DNA of 64,000 nucleotides from Perna viridis (lineage: Eukaryota). The stretch lies in assembly GCA_037379345.1 (NCBI GenBank), contig CM074517.1:34906001-34970000 (forward strand). Direction: 5' to 3'. This document shows positions 25,736 to 38,700 of the stretch, piece by piece. The stretch's first letter is position 1. Every line of letters begins with the position of its first letter. The notes under the pieces are model-generated. The model did not search any database. It worked only from the letters and a program-made list of their open reading frames with translations, and was not told the origin of the DNA. The position numbers were made by a program, and so were the translations under genes.

Positions 25736-27127
25736 ATGGTATGTAAAAACAAGCTCTTCAAAAGAGTAAACATTGAATTGTGTTTTTTTGTAAAGATAAT
25801 GATTCTTTTCTTAAAGTTTGTTGTATTGAATTTAATTGTGATGTATATTTCACATAGAGATGATATTAATATTTGTGTGAAGGATTCTAATATAAAGAAA
25901 ATCAAAACTTGTTTTAGTTTTTCTTTTGTATGCAATACATCTTTAATGTTGTGTAACATTATACTTAAGTTGTACCGTACAGGCACTTACTTTATTAAGT
26001 TGTTACAAACTATGAAAAAATGTAAAACAATACAAGGTTCTAATGTAAAATCAAAATATTTAATAGAAAGTGGTAATAACAGAGTTGCCAAAATAGAGTT
26101 AATTATTTCAAACTATGTAGCTGATTTAATTTACAAAAACTGTAAAATGAGTTTTACCAACAATAGCTTGTTAAATAATTCGTTTACAAACAAAAACAAA
26201 AGAATAAAATATGTCAAGATCATATATCCTATTTATGTTTACAAACGTTTATTAAAACAGCTGAAGTTTGTTTACGTTTTATTTTGGATTTTACCTATTC
26301 TATTTTTAGCAAACTATATTTGGGTTTTTGTTTATACCGTTTTATAGTATGTATGTACGACACTGTCCATTTAAATTCTGATTTAAGACCAAATTTTGGA
26401 AATTTACTTATCACTTCATATTTCATGCGATCTAGAAGTGGTTACAATATTTGTCTCAATCGGTGTTTTCATAACATCTTATACGTGTACTTGCATATGT
26501 TACACGATGTCTGCAAACAATATTTGCTAGCTTATACTGAAGAAACTTATAAAATCGAGAAATACTCACAGTATTTTATCCGTTTGTGTCTCGAGCTCCA
26601 CGCCTTTGTAGGGTTTGCTGTCTCGGTGCGTTTCAAAGAACACATTAATAATTTTTATCTCGTTTTGAGTAAGGAAACACTTGTTCAATCCGATTTCATC
26701 ACATTTTGTTCCAAAGTTTTCATCTTACAGCTATCTTTCACAGAATACGCAATTGTCACAACTTACATTTTTTATATTTCTCAGGCTAATACCCATTGTC
26801 ACTTCAGAACAATAATTTTTCCCTTTTTTACGGGTGTTAATGTTATTTTAGATGAAAAAAAGTGAATATCCAGGTAAAATAGCACACGCTCTTGACCACA
26901 TGTTTTTTGTCTATCATTATAAAGCTTTGACCCAGACAAGGTCAATAGGTGCTATCAGGTCACGTACACTTTACCCAATGTTTGTACCCGTTTTAAGTGT
27001 GTTGTGTAACTATATCTGTGTCATCGTTTGTGTAAAGTTTTTTGTTTGTGTAAATGTTAATAAATGTTATATTGATATATATGTATTTAATATAAATATT
27101 ATTATCACTATTTACAATGGGATCTGA
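25736..27127 (+). CDS. Chain of overlapping hydrophobic ORFs (203, 193 and 91 aa) in the LINE inter-ORF region; unknown product
   Basis: Long stop-free frames in very AT-rich DNA tile the whole spacer; several F/L/I/V/Y-rich stretches. Confidence 0.4.
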
Positions 27128-30100
27128 AAATGTATTAAATCTAAATACTTTAAATGTAAACGGTTTGAAATGTAGAAATAAACGGAATAGAGTTTTTGAA
27201 TGGATTAAATCACAAAAGTGTTCGATTTGCTTTTTACAGGAAACACATTTTGATATTAATATTGAAAAAGAAATGTTGAAATACGACGAATTTAAAGTTT
27301 ATTGCAGTAATGCAACAACAAACAGGTGTGGTGTTGCAATAGTAATTAAAAAATCATTAAATCATAAAATTATTGATACATTTTCAGATGAGGAAGGTAG
27401 GATCATTTTGATTAATATTGAAATAGATAATTGTATATTCTCTTTATTATGTTTATATGCGCCTAATTGTAAAACTAGTAGAAATGCATTTTTTAAAAAG
27501 TAAATAGTATGCTTAAAGAACATGGGATTGGAATTCCTATATTGGGGGGTGATTTTAACGATAATTTCAAAAGTATTGATAGGAAAAGTACTAGAGTAGG
27601 GACATAAAATAACCAACCAGTTAATAGTCTTAAAGTTTTAATAAAAGAAAATAAGTCAACTGATATCTGGAGACTTTTAATTGAAAATAAACAACAATTT
27701 ACTTGGCGGAGAAAGGATAAGTCTCAAGCGAGTCGCATAGATATGATATTGATCGGAAAAGATTTTATCCCGTATGTAGAATGTTGTAAAATTAAGCCAG
27801 CTGTCATTAATTATACAGATCATCAGAGCATATTTTTAAAGTTTAAGACCGGTGCGTCAGAAAAAGGGAGGGGTTATTGGAAGATAAATAAATCGGTTTT
27901 AAATGATGATGTTTATGTAAATACGATTAATCTATTAATCGATAAGTGTTTTAAAGATAAACAAAATACTAATGACATACAATTGGCATGGGATGTTTTC
28001 AAAATTGAGGTAAGGGAGATAACTGTTGAATATTGCAGAAATAAAGCAAAAACAACTAGGGAAAATTTGAAACTTCTTGAGAAAAAATTGGAACATAAGT
28101 TGAAGGTAAGGGATGAACAAGACGTAGATTCAGATATTACGGATAAGGAAATTAATAATCTTGAAATTGAAATTGGTAAAATTTACGATGAAAAGGCAAA
28201 AGGGGCACAAATCAGATCTAGGGAAAAATGGATTGAACTTGGTGAAAAAAATAATTCGTATTTTCTTGGTTTAGAAAAACAGAGTCAAATTAAGAAATCA
28301 ATTAACAAATTAACGTCCGGGGATGGAAACATTCTAACAGATCAGGGGGAGTTGCTAACAAATATTAAAAATTATTATGAAAAGTTATATTCATCTTCTT
28401 ATCCAGACAAAATACTTAGTGACCAATACATATTTAATACTAATCTTGATCCTAAAATAGGCGAAATTGACAAATCTAATTGTGACGGAGAAATAACATT
28501 GGACGAATGTACTAACGCTATTTTTAAAATGAAGCTTAATAGGTCACCTGGTTTAGACGGACTAACTGTCGAATTTTACAGAAAATTTTGGGGGAAATTG
28601 AAAAATATTACAGTTTCGGTTTTAAATACTGGCTATAGAAACCAAAACCTCACATATTCACAACGTACAAGTGTATTAACACTTTTATTTAAAAAGGGAG
28701 ATCCTTTGTCTTTGGATAATTATCGCCCAATTTCGCTCTTAAACGTGGATTTGAAACTTCTGTCATATATTCTGGCTCAAAGGTTGAAACACATTTTACC
28801 TGATATCATTAATGAAGATCAGACTGGTTATGTTAAAAATCGTTTTATTGGTTTCAACCTGCGGCAAATACAAGATATTATCGACTACACAGAGTTATAT
28901 AAAATAGAAGGGGCAATTGTATTTGTTGATTTTTCAAAAGCGTTTGATTCCCTAGAATGGAACTTTATGTTAACTGTTCTTAAACATTTTGGTTTTAATG
29001 ATTCATTTATATCGTGGGTTAAAACGTTGTATAATGGTATTCAAACTTGTGTCACTAATAATGGATGGATTTCTGAAATATTTAAAAACACAAGGGGAAT
29101 ACGCCAAGGATGTCCTTTATCTGCTCTTTTATTTGTATTATCTGTAGAAATAATGGCATCACGAATACGAAGTAATAATGACATCAAAGGTATCAATATC
29201 AAATTAGACCAAAGAAATCATAGTATAAAAATTTCTCAGTTAGCAGACGATACTACTCTGTTATGTAGCTCAAAGCAAGAAGTAGAATTTGCTATGAACG
29301 AAATTGAAATTTTTGGGTCTTTTTCTGGGTTAAAATTAAATCGAAACAAGACGGAAGGAATATGGGTAGGGAAGTTAAAATCTTGTAAAGATAAAGTTGC
29401 AGGAATTAGTTGGACTATAAATCCAGTAAAAACTCTGGGGGTATATTTTGGCTATTGTAGGGAAGAATGTGAAAAATTAAATTGGGAAAATAGAATAAAT
29501 AAGATGAATAGACTTTTTGATACATGGGGAAAGAGAAACCTAACAATTTTAGGAAAAATTTTAATAACAAAAACACTTGTCTTGCCAATTTTTACATATA
29601 TAGGGTCCACTTGTATCGTACCAGAAGTGTACATTAAAGAAATAGAAAGTAGATGTTTTAAATTTATATGGGATAATAAACCCGATAAAGTAAAACGAAC
29701 ACAATTATTGGTAGATATGAAGTAGGGGGATTGCGAATGGTAGACATAAGGAGTTATTTTTGTTCATTGAAAGCCGCGTGGGTGCAAAGATTAGCTATCG
29801 GAGAAATTGTAAATTGGAAGGTTATTCCTCATAAATATTTTAATGGTATTGGTACAAATTGGTTAATTTTTATGACGAATAATGATAATAGTATAAAACA
29901 TAAATATTTTAAAGATATTCCTGGTTTTTACAAAGAAGTATTAAAATGTTGGAATTTATCAGGTGGGGGCAATCAAGAAAAACCTACTACATTCACAGAA
30001 ATAAGAAAACAAATATTATGGAATAATAAATATATTAAATTTGAAAATAAACCTGTAATTTTTGATAATTGGATTAAAAGTAATATAATTTATATAAATG

Positions 30101-30909
30101 ACATAATAGATGCAAATGGATGCATATCTCAAGAAATCATTTTAAGTAAATTGAAAAACAAATCTAACTGGATAGCAGAAATTCAAACTTTGAAAAAAGC
30201 CATACCTTTCGAATGGAAACAATCTTTATCATCAGAAAATTCTGTAAAGAGTGTGGTTCATTTTAAAAGATTTCAAATTTGTTGGAAAAATATAGATATA
30301 AATGTAAAAAATATTTCGAACAAGATATTGTATGAATCATTTATAGTTAAAAAATTTGAATCCTCTATTGGAGTAAGCAAATGGTTAAGAATTTTTGATA
30401 TAAAAGACGTGTTTTTTATGCCAAACATTTATAATTTTATTTTTGGTTATTTACAAGAAAACAAATTGAAGATATTTCGATGGAAACTTCTACAATTCAT
30501 AATTCCTAACAGAAAACTATTATGTAAGTGGAAAATAACTCAAAATATTCAGTGCAATTTCTGTAATGAAGACGAAGATTATCTTCATTACTTTATATCC
30601 TGTTCGTGCTTAGATAATTTTTGGACAAAAATACAAGAAATTCTTCGTGTATGTAACATGAATTTTGAGATTACTTTAAAACATCTTGTTTTGGGATATA
30701 AAATATTTGATGAAACATATTTTTGGTTAAATCTCTTATTAACTATAATAGGCTTTTCTATTTATAAAGCATACTATGTATCTGAACATAGAACCAAACA
30801 TGTTAATACTTTTGATATCTTTGTTAAAGAATTGAAGACTACAATTAACTCAGTTAATAGTAATTCAAAATTAATATTCATCAAAAATTATGTATCAAAC
30901 AACTATTAG
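27117..30909 (+). pseudogene. LINE ORF2: APE endonuclease, RT and C-terminal Cys domain, with a few disruptions
   Basis: NVNGL, LQETH, YAPN, GDFN, SRID, TDH; SPGLDG, YRPISLLN, QGCPLS, LADD; CNFC..EDYLHYFISC. Confidence 0.93.
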
Positions 30910-31023
30910 AAGTGATATTGTATGTTAAGTTGAATGTATTTATGTATTAGTAAATTTATGTTTGAAATATTTTATTTTGACACTTTTTACTACCCTGGGT
31001 AACTAGTGATCATGAACAGGGAG

Positions 31024-31050
31024 CGTCAGAAGGTGCTTGGACTTCTGACG
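31024..31050 (+). other. Stem-loop in the LINE 3' UTR
   Basis: CGTCAGAAG-gtgcttgga-CTTCTGACG, a perfect 9-bp stem just upstream of AATAAA. Confidence 0.7.
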
Positions 31051-31122
31051 TAAACTGTAACAAGCTTTATTGATAATAAAGAATATTATTTGTTAAAAAA
31101 AAAACAAAAAAAAACCTATACT

Positions 31123-33229
31123 CCGAAATTGAGTGATCCTTCTTGTAGTACAAGTAGTATTGCAAACGTAGATACATCGACCATATCGAACGCGGACAAA
31201 TATGATAATTTTGATGGAACAACTGTGATTGATACTGACAATGCTACACAAACAGATATTTCAAAAACAGATGAACCTACATGTAGTACGGATACTAGTA
31301 GCTTAGATACATTGACTGTCTCGAACACGGACGATAATGATAACTTTGATAAAACAACTGTGATTGATACTCCAGAAAGTACAAATATTGATGCAGATGA
31401 TACATATACATGTAGATCAGAAAGTGATTTAATTTCGAATTCGGAAGCAGATATACGTAGAAAGATTGATACTATAGAAATTTTTTAAAATTCCAATTTT
31501 AGTCCTGAAAGTTTGCGAATACTGCAAGAAAAAGACGAGCTGTATTGCACGTACATTAAATATCTAAAGAATAGCATTTTGACGGAATCACAAAAAGAAG
31601 CGCGAAAGCTACTTATTCAAATTTCGGAGTTTGTGTTAATTGACGGTTTATTATTTCACCGTCGTATTGCAAAGTCCAAAAGAGTCAAAGACTTCAAAAA
31701 CTACCAATTAGTTCTTCCGAAAATTGCAGTTAAAACTGTGATTTCCATGTATCATGACTCTGCTCTTGGAGGACACGGTGGAATTCAGCACACCATTGAT
31801 TTAGTCAAGGAGAAATACTTTTTTCCGAAACTAGCACAAAAAGTGTCGGACTACATCAAAAGTTGTCCAGTATGTCAGCAGCAAAAAATTACTAAAGTGA
31901 ATACAAAATCAAAAATCACAGCTTATCGCACGCCTGACTCTCCATTTCAAGTCGTTCAAATCGGAATATATGGACCCGTCCCAATTTCTTCAAAGGGAAA
32001 TAAATACATTTGTACTGCAGTCGACATTTTCAGCAAATTCATTTTCGCAGAGGCTATTCCGTCTGCAGATTCAATGTCAGTTACTAAAGTGATTTTTAAA
32101 ATGATAACACAGTTTGATGTATTCGACACACTGATCAGGGACTTAGGATCAGAATTTATAAGTAGGTGCACAAAGGAGGTTTGCCGATTACTAGACATAA
32201 AACAGGAGTTAACTCCAAGCTTTTCTTACCATTGCCTAGAAGCGTGTGAACGGCAACACAGGACAATGGAAGAGCGCATGACACCCTCTATTGAACAAGG
32301 CAAAAATTGGGAAAATGTTTTACCACCAGCGCTATTTTCAATGAATAACACCGAAAATAGCAGCCTCGGGTTTTCTCTTTTTGAAATCGTCTATGGGCGC
32401 CGACCTAACTTCTCGTTATCACAACATCGTCGGAATTCCGATCCCAACACTCTGCCTAAGGACTGTCATGAATATTTGAATCAGTTAACGGACAGACTAC
32501 ATGTAATCCGTAATCAAGTACGACAAAATGCTATTGCTTCAAAGAACCAAATGTAAGCTAGGGTTAATAAAGAGAGAAGTACACTGGCGTACTCTACAGG
32601 AGATTATGTGTATTTACACAAAGAGCCAACAAGACAAGAACAGAAATTCAAATTCAAATATTCGGGACCCTACATTATTCATAAAGTCAACAGTCCGCAT
32701 ATGTTTACATTGAAAGACTCATTGACTCAAAAATGTCTTCCGCGTTCGGTCCATATTGATAGATTGAAAACAGCTTTTGTACGCAAACCAAAGTCTTACA
32801 ATTATGTCATGGACACTGTTCAATACAAAGTAAGCGATCAAAATGTTTCTATCTCAGAAATAGGTTCGCTAAACGAAGAAACGTCTATACAAGAATCAGT
32901 TTTGGTTGATGAAAGCAATAGTGACGCCAAACATTCTACTGCACTGAACGAAACTGCGCACGATTTGCATGTACGCCGTTCAAAGAGAAATGTACGCAAA
33001 CTAGATAGGTACAGAGGTAGTTCATTTACAGGCAACCCTTCTGAGACTGATAATTTAGTACAGTTCAAAGTTAAACGTGTTTTGGCGAAAAAAATTAGTA
33101 AATGGACAATGGCATTATTTAATACATGTAGGCGAGCCAGCCCAAAACTCGAAATGGATAGCAGACTTTAACCTGGACCCCACAATTAAGAAAATAATTG
33201 AATCGAGACTACCGCCACATATTTTGTAG
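31123..33229 (+). pseudogene. Gypsy pol, 3' part: T/D/S-rich linker, integrase, GPY motif and chromodomain-like tail
   Basis: HDSALGGHGG...CPVCQ; DDE core; YSGPY; after a frameshift FKVKRVLAKKLVNGQWHYLIHVGEPAQNSKWI. Confidence 0.88.
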
Positions 33230-34206
33230 TTCTGTACGGTGAGATCGTTCTTACGGTAACAAATAAAAGTCTTTATAATTGTGAGATCTTTCTCATAAGG
33301 TTCTTCCGTTTAATAATTTCAATCTCGCCATGAAACAATACTTTCATGAAATCAGATATTGTGAGGTCTTTCTCATTTCTCATTCACCCGAGTTTCCATG
33401 AACCTGACGAACCTAAATTTCACCACGTTGAAAGAAACTTCTTTTTGAGTGAGATTTTCTCATTGATAAATATTTAATTTTGATGTTATTACGGTTTTAT
33501 ATGGCTTTGATGTCAATTTGAATGACACTATACATTCTTAGGAGGTATAAAAGAACCCCTTTTATATACTTATACATGTAAGGAGAATTAATTTTACCTC
33601 ACTTGAGTAATAAAGTCGCCCGGACTTATTGCAGAATGTACGAATGGTACATGAATAATTGAAATTGTGCTCTGTGGTATGGAGTGCATGATGTTCAGAA
33701 ATAAACCCTGGAATATGAAATATTCATCAAGTCTTTCTTTTAATATTTTCGTGAGATTGCGCAAAGTAGTGTTTTGTTTTTTTAGACAGTGATAACCTAT
33801 GATTATGGAGTATTAATATTTTTGACTATGTTAGCAAGAGTTTGGGCCCTACTGAATTGCTACTCTATTTTTGTTTTTGCCACATTTATAAATGACACGT
33901 AAAATTTCATTATTTATAATAGATGGAAACGAATAGCTCCTTGTTCATGTTTAAATTTTCTATTTGAGACACAGAACCAGATATTGTAACGATGATAAAA
34001 GAGGAAAAATGTTAAGAATGCTATTGATTACTAACTTAAAGGTTGATTTTTATTGATTCTTCTATTTTTCTCTAAATGTTTATGAAATATGATGATATGG
34101 AGATCTGTTTGATATATTTATATGTGCATTTTGTATTTCCGCTTCGCTATGCTGAAATCTGAATTCAACTTAGTTGAAAAATGACCATTTTTCTTTGTGC
34201 GGGGGA

Positions 34207-34427
34207 TATTATATACATGAGTTGAATTCGATTTCTCTTCAATTTATTATTTTCCGGAAACGGCATTTGTCCGTCATCCGTTTTGTTATTATTACTTTTT
34301 TAGTAGTTTTTGGTGCCATCTGTTGCAAGTACACGTGCTTTTTCATTTTTTGGGATTTGACAATTAAAGAATATAAACATATACCATTATTATATACATC
34401 TCGTTCCCCAAACAACAGATGGTAAAA
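34207..34427 (+). repeat. Gypsy 3' LTR
   Basis: Direct repeat of 19233-19459, following the PPT. Confidence 0.88.
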
Positions 34428-34487
34428 GTATTACCTAAATATGCAAACTGGGTTTCAAGAACCATCTTAAGTTGTGAATATTCTAAA

Positions 34488-35781
34488 CCCAGACAGCATT
34501 CCTCCGTTGGGCCAACGTTGGTTCAACGGAGTGATTTACGTTGGGCCAACGTAAGGTACCCAATGTTGGCCCAACGTTGTAAGTGCAAAGAGAGGCAACG
34601 TTGGCCCAACGGAGGCAAACAATAGTTGGGCCAACGTAATGCCAACATTGACCCAACGAATCCCCAATATTGGCCCAACATAAGCCCAATGTTAACCCAA
34701 CCATGTGGTTAGACGATTGTGTTCCTTATGATATTAGAACATTATTTTATTATGTATTTCCTGCTCACATGCATATCGCAGGGTGCTGATGCTGTACACT
34801 CCTTCACAGTAAGTGCTCACATTTCCCCTCAGTTTATTATATAAATTCTTTACAGTAAGAATATACCAATGACAAGCTGATTGAAGTTTACAAGATGAGA
34901 AAAGAAAATCTATTATAACATTAGCAGATACTACGAGCATTGGTATACTAAATATTGAAAATTTGCAATTTTTTTTGCATTGAATAGACATCTGATAATA
35001 TCTGTCATTGTATTGTGTTTAGGATGAATTTACATTGAAAATGTGTATATAATTTGTTCAAAATGAAAGCAACTGTTTTGTAAAAGATGTATTATGCTCT
35101 CATTTACAAATCTGCATAAAAGGGAGATAACCATGTACACTATTGTAATCATCAATTAGATTTGGTTATTCATGATAACTTTTTTTGTGTTATTAAGTTC
35201 TAAATATTAAACGCGAATACTTGTGAAGAAACATTAAACATGCAGTTAACAAAACTCGAGAAAAGAGCCAACAATGCTTTTTTGAAATAAGTAAAATTGT
35301 ATTAATAAATAAATATATTTTGGTGCTTCAACGTTGGGTAAACGTTGGCCCAACTAAGTAACGCAGTTTAGATGCAACACAATATTTGCTTTCATATGTC
35401 CGGATTTGCTTCGTAGTTTTACTTTTTTGAGACCGACATACATGTTTGCATCAAGGATAATATTAAGTCTTTTTTTTTTTTGACATATTTGTTACCAAAG
35501 TCGTTTCAACGTTGGTACAATGTTGGTTCAGTTCATAGTAGGGCCAACGTCAAGCCAACGTAGAACCTTTTTATGATATGGAAGTATTTACAATTTCAAA
35601 ATGTCGTGTTTAATCATTTGGTTTTCAATTAAAAACCATTTTGGTTAAAAATAAATCAAGAAGAAATATTTCCATAATTACGGACTACTACATTGGGTCA
35701 ACGTTGTCTTCTCAAAGCCAGCTGAAAGCCAACGATCCAACCATCAGCCAACGTTGGCCAAACGGAGGCATGCTGTCTGGG
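34488..35781. mobile_element. Non-autonomous TIR DNA transposon (CCCAGACAGCA...TGCTGTCTGGG) with many subterminal CCAACGTTGG motifs
   Basis: ~34-bp imperfect TIRs; TAAA on both flanks; no transposase ORF. Confidence 0.85.
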
Positions 35782-38700
35782 TAAATCCTTCAATAGTTAA
35801 ATACATGTATGATATATGGTAAATTTAATGACTAAATGCTCATTTGACTTACAACACAAATATCCAGTCATGTTGAAAAACAAATCTTGCATGAACTACC
35901 AAAAAACAAGAAAAGATATAAGTGTTAGTTTTTTAGAAGGCTTATACATGTACTTGTAGTATTTATAGTTCAGTTGATAATTAAGTTTTAATTTCTCTTT
36001 CTTTCATAAATTAGTAAAGGTTATATAGTAAATGTCCATTTTAAACCTGAATGACAAAAAGATTATCTGAGAAAACATTTTTAGAGCAGATTATCTATAT
36101 TAACGATATACACAAAGTAAATATATTAGGTATAAACGACAAAATTTGCCGAACTTGTATACAACTTAACCAGAAAGTAATTTTCTTTGCAAAAATGATG
36201 AATCGGATGACCTCAGCTTATTTTATAAGCTAATCATGTATTATAGTACCTGACTGGGACAAATCTCATACCGCTAAACAAAAACGTAAGAAATAGAACA
36301 AATCTGTCAAATTTTGTTATGAATGGTGTTCATTCAGATGAATATTTTCTTCATCAAATGTATAATTGACTTAATTTGATTTTTGAAATGTTTTTTTTTT
36401 ATTATTGATTCAAACCAGTTCATATTCATTTGACTATATTCTTACCTAAAACAACAGATCAATGCAATGGTATGACCTGTATTCTACACGTTAGAAAAAT
36501 AATCAGAATAATTATACACTTTTATGTGTTTAATATATGTATTTGGATAGTAGAAATTGGTCAAATAAAGAAAATAATTGTATCGACTTATGGGTATTAA
36601 GTTGCTTTGTTCTCATATTATAAAATATTTCTATCGTCAAAGGAATTTAAATTCTCTATGTAAAGAAGTTGATTAAATGTTTGGGTTTATTTATAAAGAG
36701 TGCCAAGTTTTGTGGTTACTAGCGTTGATATTTCCCTAATATGTGCCTTAACTATTTAACACTTACATGTACAACAACCTTTTTGATTATTAAATGTCAA
36801 GTTAGACGTATGATAAGTACAGTTCAAAAACAAGGGACCTGCATTCAATGAGAGATTGTATCCTTGTGTGTACATAAATCTCTAATTTAACAATGCGTTG
36901 TATTGGGATATAGTATTTAAATATTTTGAGTGACGTTTTTCTTGAGACCAGACAGGGTTCTTTTAAATTTTCGTTAATGTTGATATTAGCAAAGATTTTG
37001 TGTAGTTATTATCTTTAGTGGAGTGAAATTTCTGTTACTTTGGTAGGATCTTTTTGGATATCATAAAAATGTCTTTCAGTGTATCTTACAACGGATTAGC
37101 AACTAAAAACATTCGACACATTTACTCAACGAGGCAAAGTATTAATGTTAAACAATTCCGAAGACACAAAATGCACTATCCATCGCCGCTATCACACGAG
37201 ATTGCATTGAAAAGACGACCAGACGTGCGCAAGAGAACCATGGCATACATTCCGGAGTATGAAACCGTTCTCCCAAGAGCCCCAGCCTTTCGGACTTTAC
37301 CCGGCTATAATTTAGAACGGATGGTTTCCAGACTGACAAAACCAAATAAAACGAAACAAAATCCTAGGGAGTGTGAGCACTATAAGAAAAGTTACCATAG
37401 ATATGAATTTGATCTTGGAAACCAACGGGACGATTTCAAACGAACCAAAAGTGACGTTAGAAAAATAACTGATAGACTTATAGAGCCTATATTGTGCAAT
37501 AAACACCATCATTACTCAAAGCACCAACGAGACGTAGATGATTTAACGCCAGTGTATATGTAAATATTTGTTTCTACAATATATACTTTCTTGATTTAAA
37601 AAAATACCATGCTCAAGCGTTTACAGTGAACCTTGGACTTGACGTCACTAAGCTGAGCCGCCAATACACCAGCCATCAAATAATATTAATGTGCGGTGCG
37701 TTCAAAAGGAATATATTTGTTTATACCAGGTTCCGGCCCTGTTATTTGATTAAAATTTTAGCTCGCTCAATGAACACCTACAGCCATATTTTTTTGTTAA
37801 AAAATGATCAAACCCGGACAAAAAATAACAATGAGCTGTAACAGCATAACGTCGTCGCAAAGTGTCGTTTTATGTACAATTTTGATTCTTTCTTTGGCCA
37901 AATAAAAAAGATGTGCAGTTATCTCTTTTAAAAAGGGTCGGTAGTGTTTTGTGTTGTTTATCACAAATGAAAATAGGAGACTTGAAGGTGGTTTTTCAGT
38001 CCGTGCATACAGGAGGGTTGGATGTAATCCGGCAGAAATACGTCATGAAATAAAAACAATCGAAACGAAATGAAATCCAAACGAAACAAATCAAAACGAC
38101 TAAACAAATGGATTACCTTTATTTTAAAATCAACGAATGAAGTCAGAAAAAAATAGGAAAAGCGGGGAAGGTATTACTAGCAGAAGTTATGATTTGTCTA
38201 AATTTGCCATGGATTAAACACAAAGGTCAACGTTGGTACAATGTTGGTTCAGTATTGGCTCATTGTTGGCTCTTGGTCGGACAAATGTAGAATAATGCAA
38301 ATCATGTAATCATAGTTTTGATTTGAAAATCAAAATTTAACAATACTCTCGCGCAGATTTCACTTCTAAAACAAGTTTTTAAAAAGAACCATAAAATGAA
38401 ATGGTTGTTCAATTATAGTAGGACCAAAGTCAGGCCAACGTAGAACCTTTTTTATGATATGAAAGTATTTACAATTTCAAAATGTCGTGTTTAATCATTT
38501 GGTTTTCAATTAAAAACCATTTCGGTTAAAAATAAATCAAGAAGAAATATTTCCATAATTACGGACTACTACATTGGGTCAACGTTGTCTTCCCAAAGCC
38601 AGCTGAAAGCCAACGATCCAACCATCAGCCAACGTTGGCCAAACGGAGGCATGCTGTCTGGGTAAATCCTTCAATAGTTAAATACATGTATGATATATGG

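Larger units (their letters stand above)
24261..31109 (+). mobile_element. Full-length L1/Tx1-clade non-LTR retrotransposon nested in Gypsy pol
   Basis: 13-bp TSD AAAAACCTATACT at 24248-24260 and 31110-31122; AATAAA at 31075 and an A-rich tail; ORF1 plus APE-RT ORF2. Confidence 0.95.
19233..34427 (+). mobile_element. Full-length degenerate Gypsy LTR retrotransposon interrupted by a LINE
   Basis: LTRs at 19233-19459 and 34207-34427; TSD GTAT at 19229-19232 and 34428-34431; PBS TGGTGGAGAAT; PPT GCGGGGGA; gag-PR-RT-RH-IN order. Confidence 0.93.

Noticed and set aside
34500-34705. Regularly spaced GTTGGGCCAAC palindromes as a CRISPR-like array
   Set aside because: They are subterminal repeats of a TIR transposon; spacing is irregular, there are no cas genes, and the context is eukaryotic.
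36051-36233. Identical 60-aa ORFs (also 38932-39114)
   Set aside because: By-product of the local duplication; no evidence of coding.
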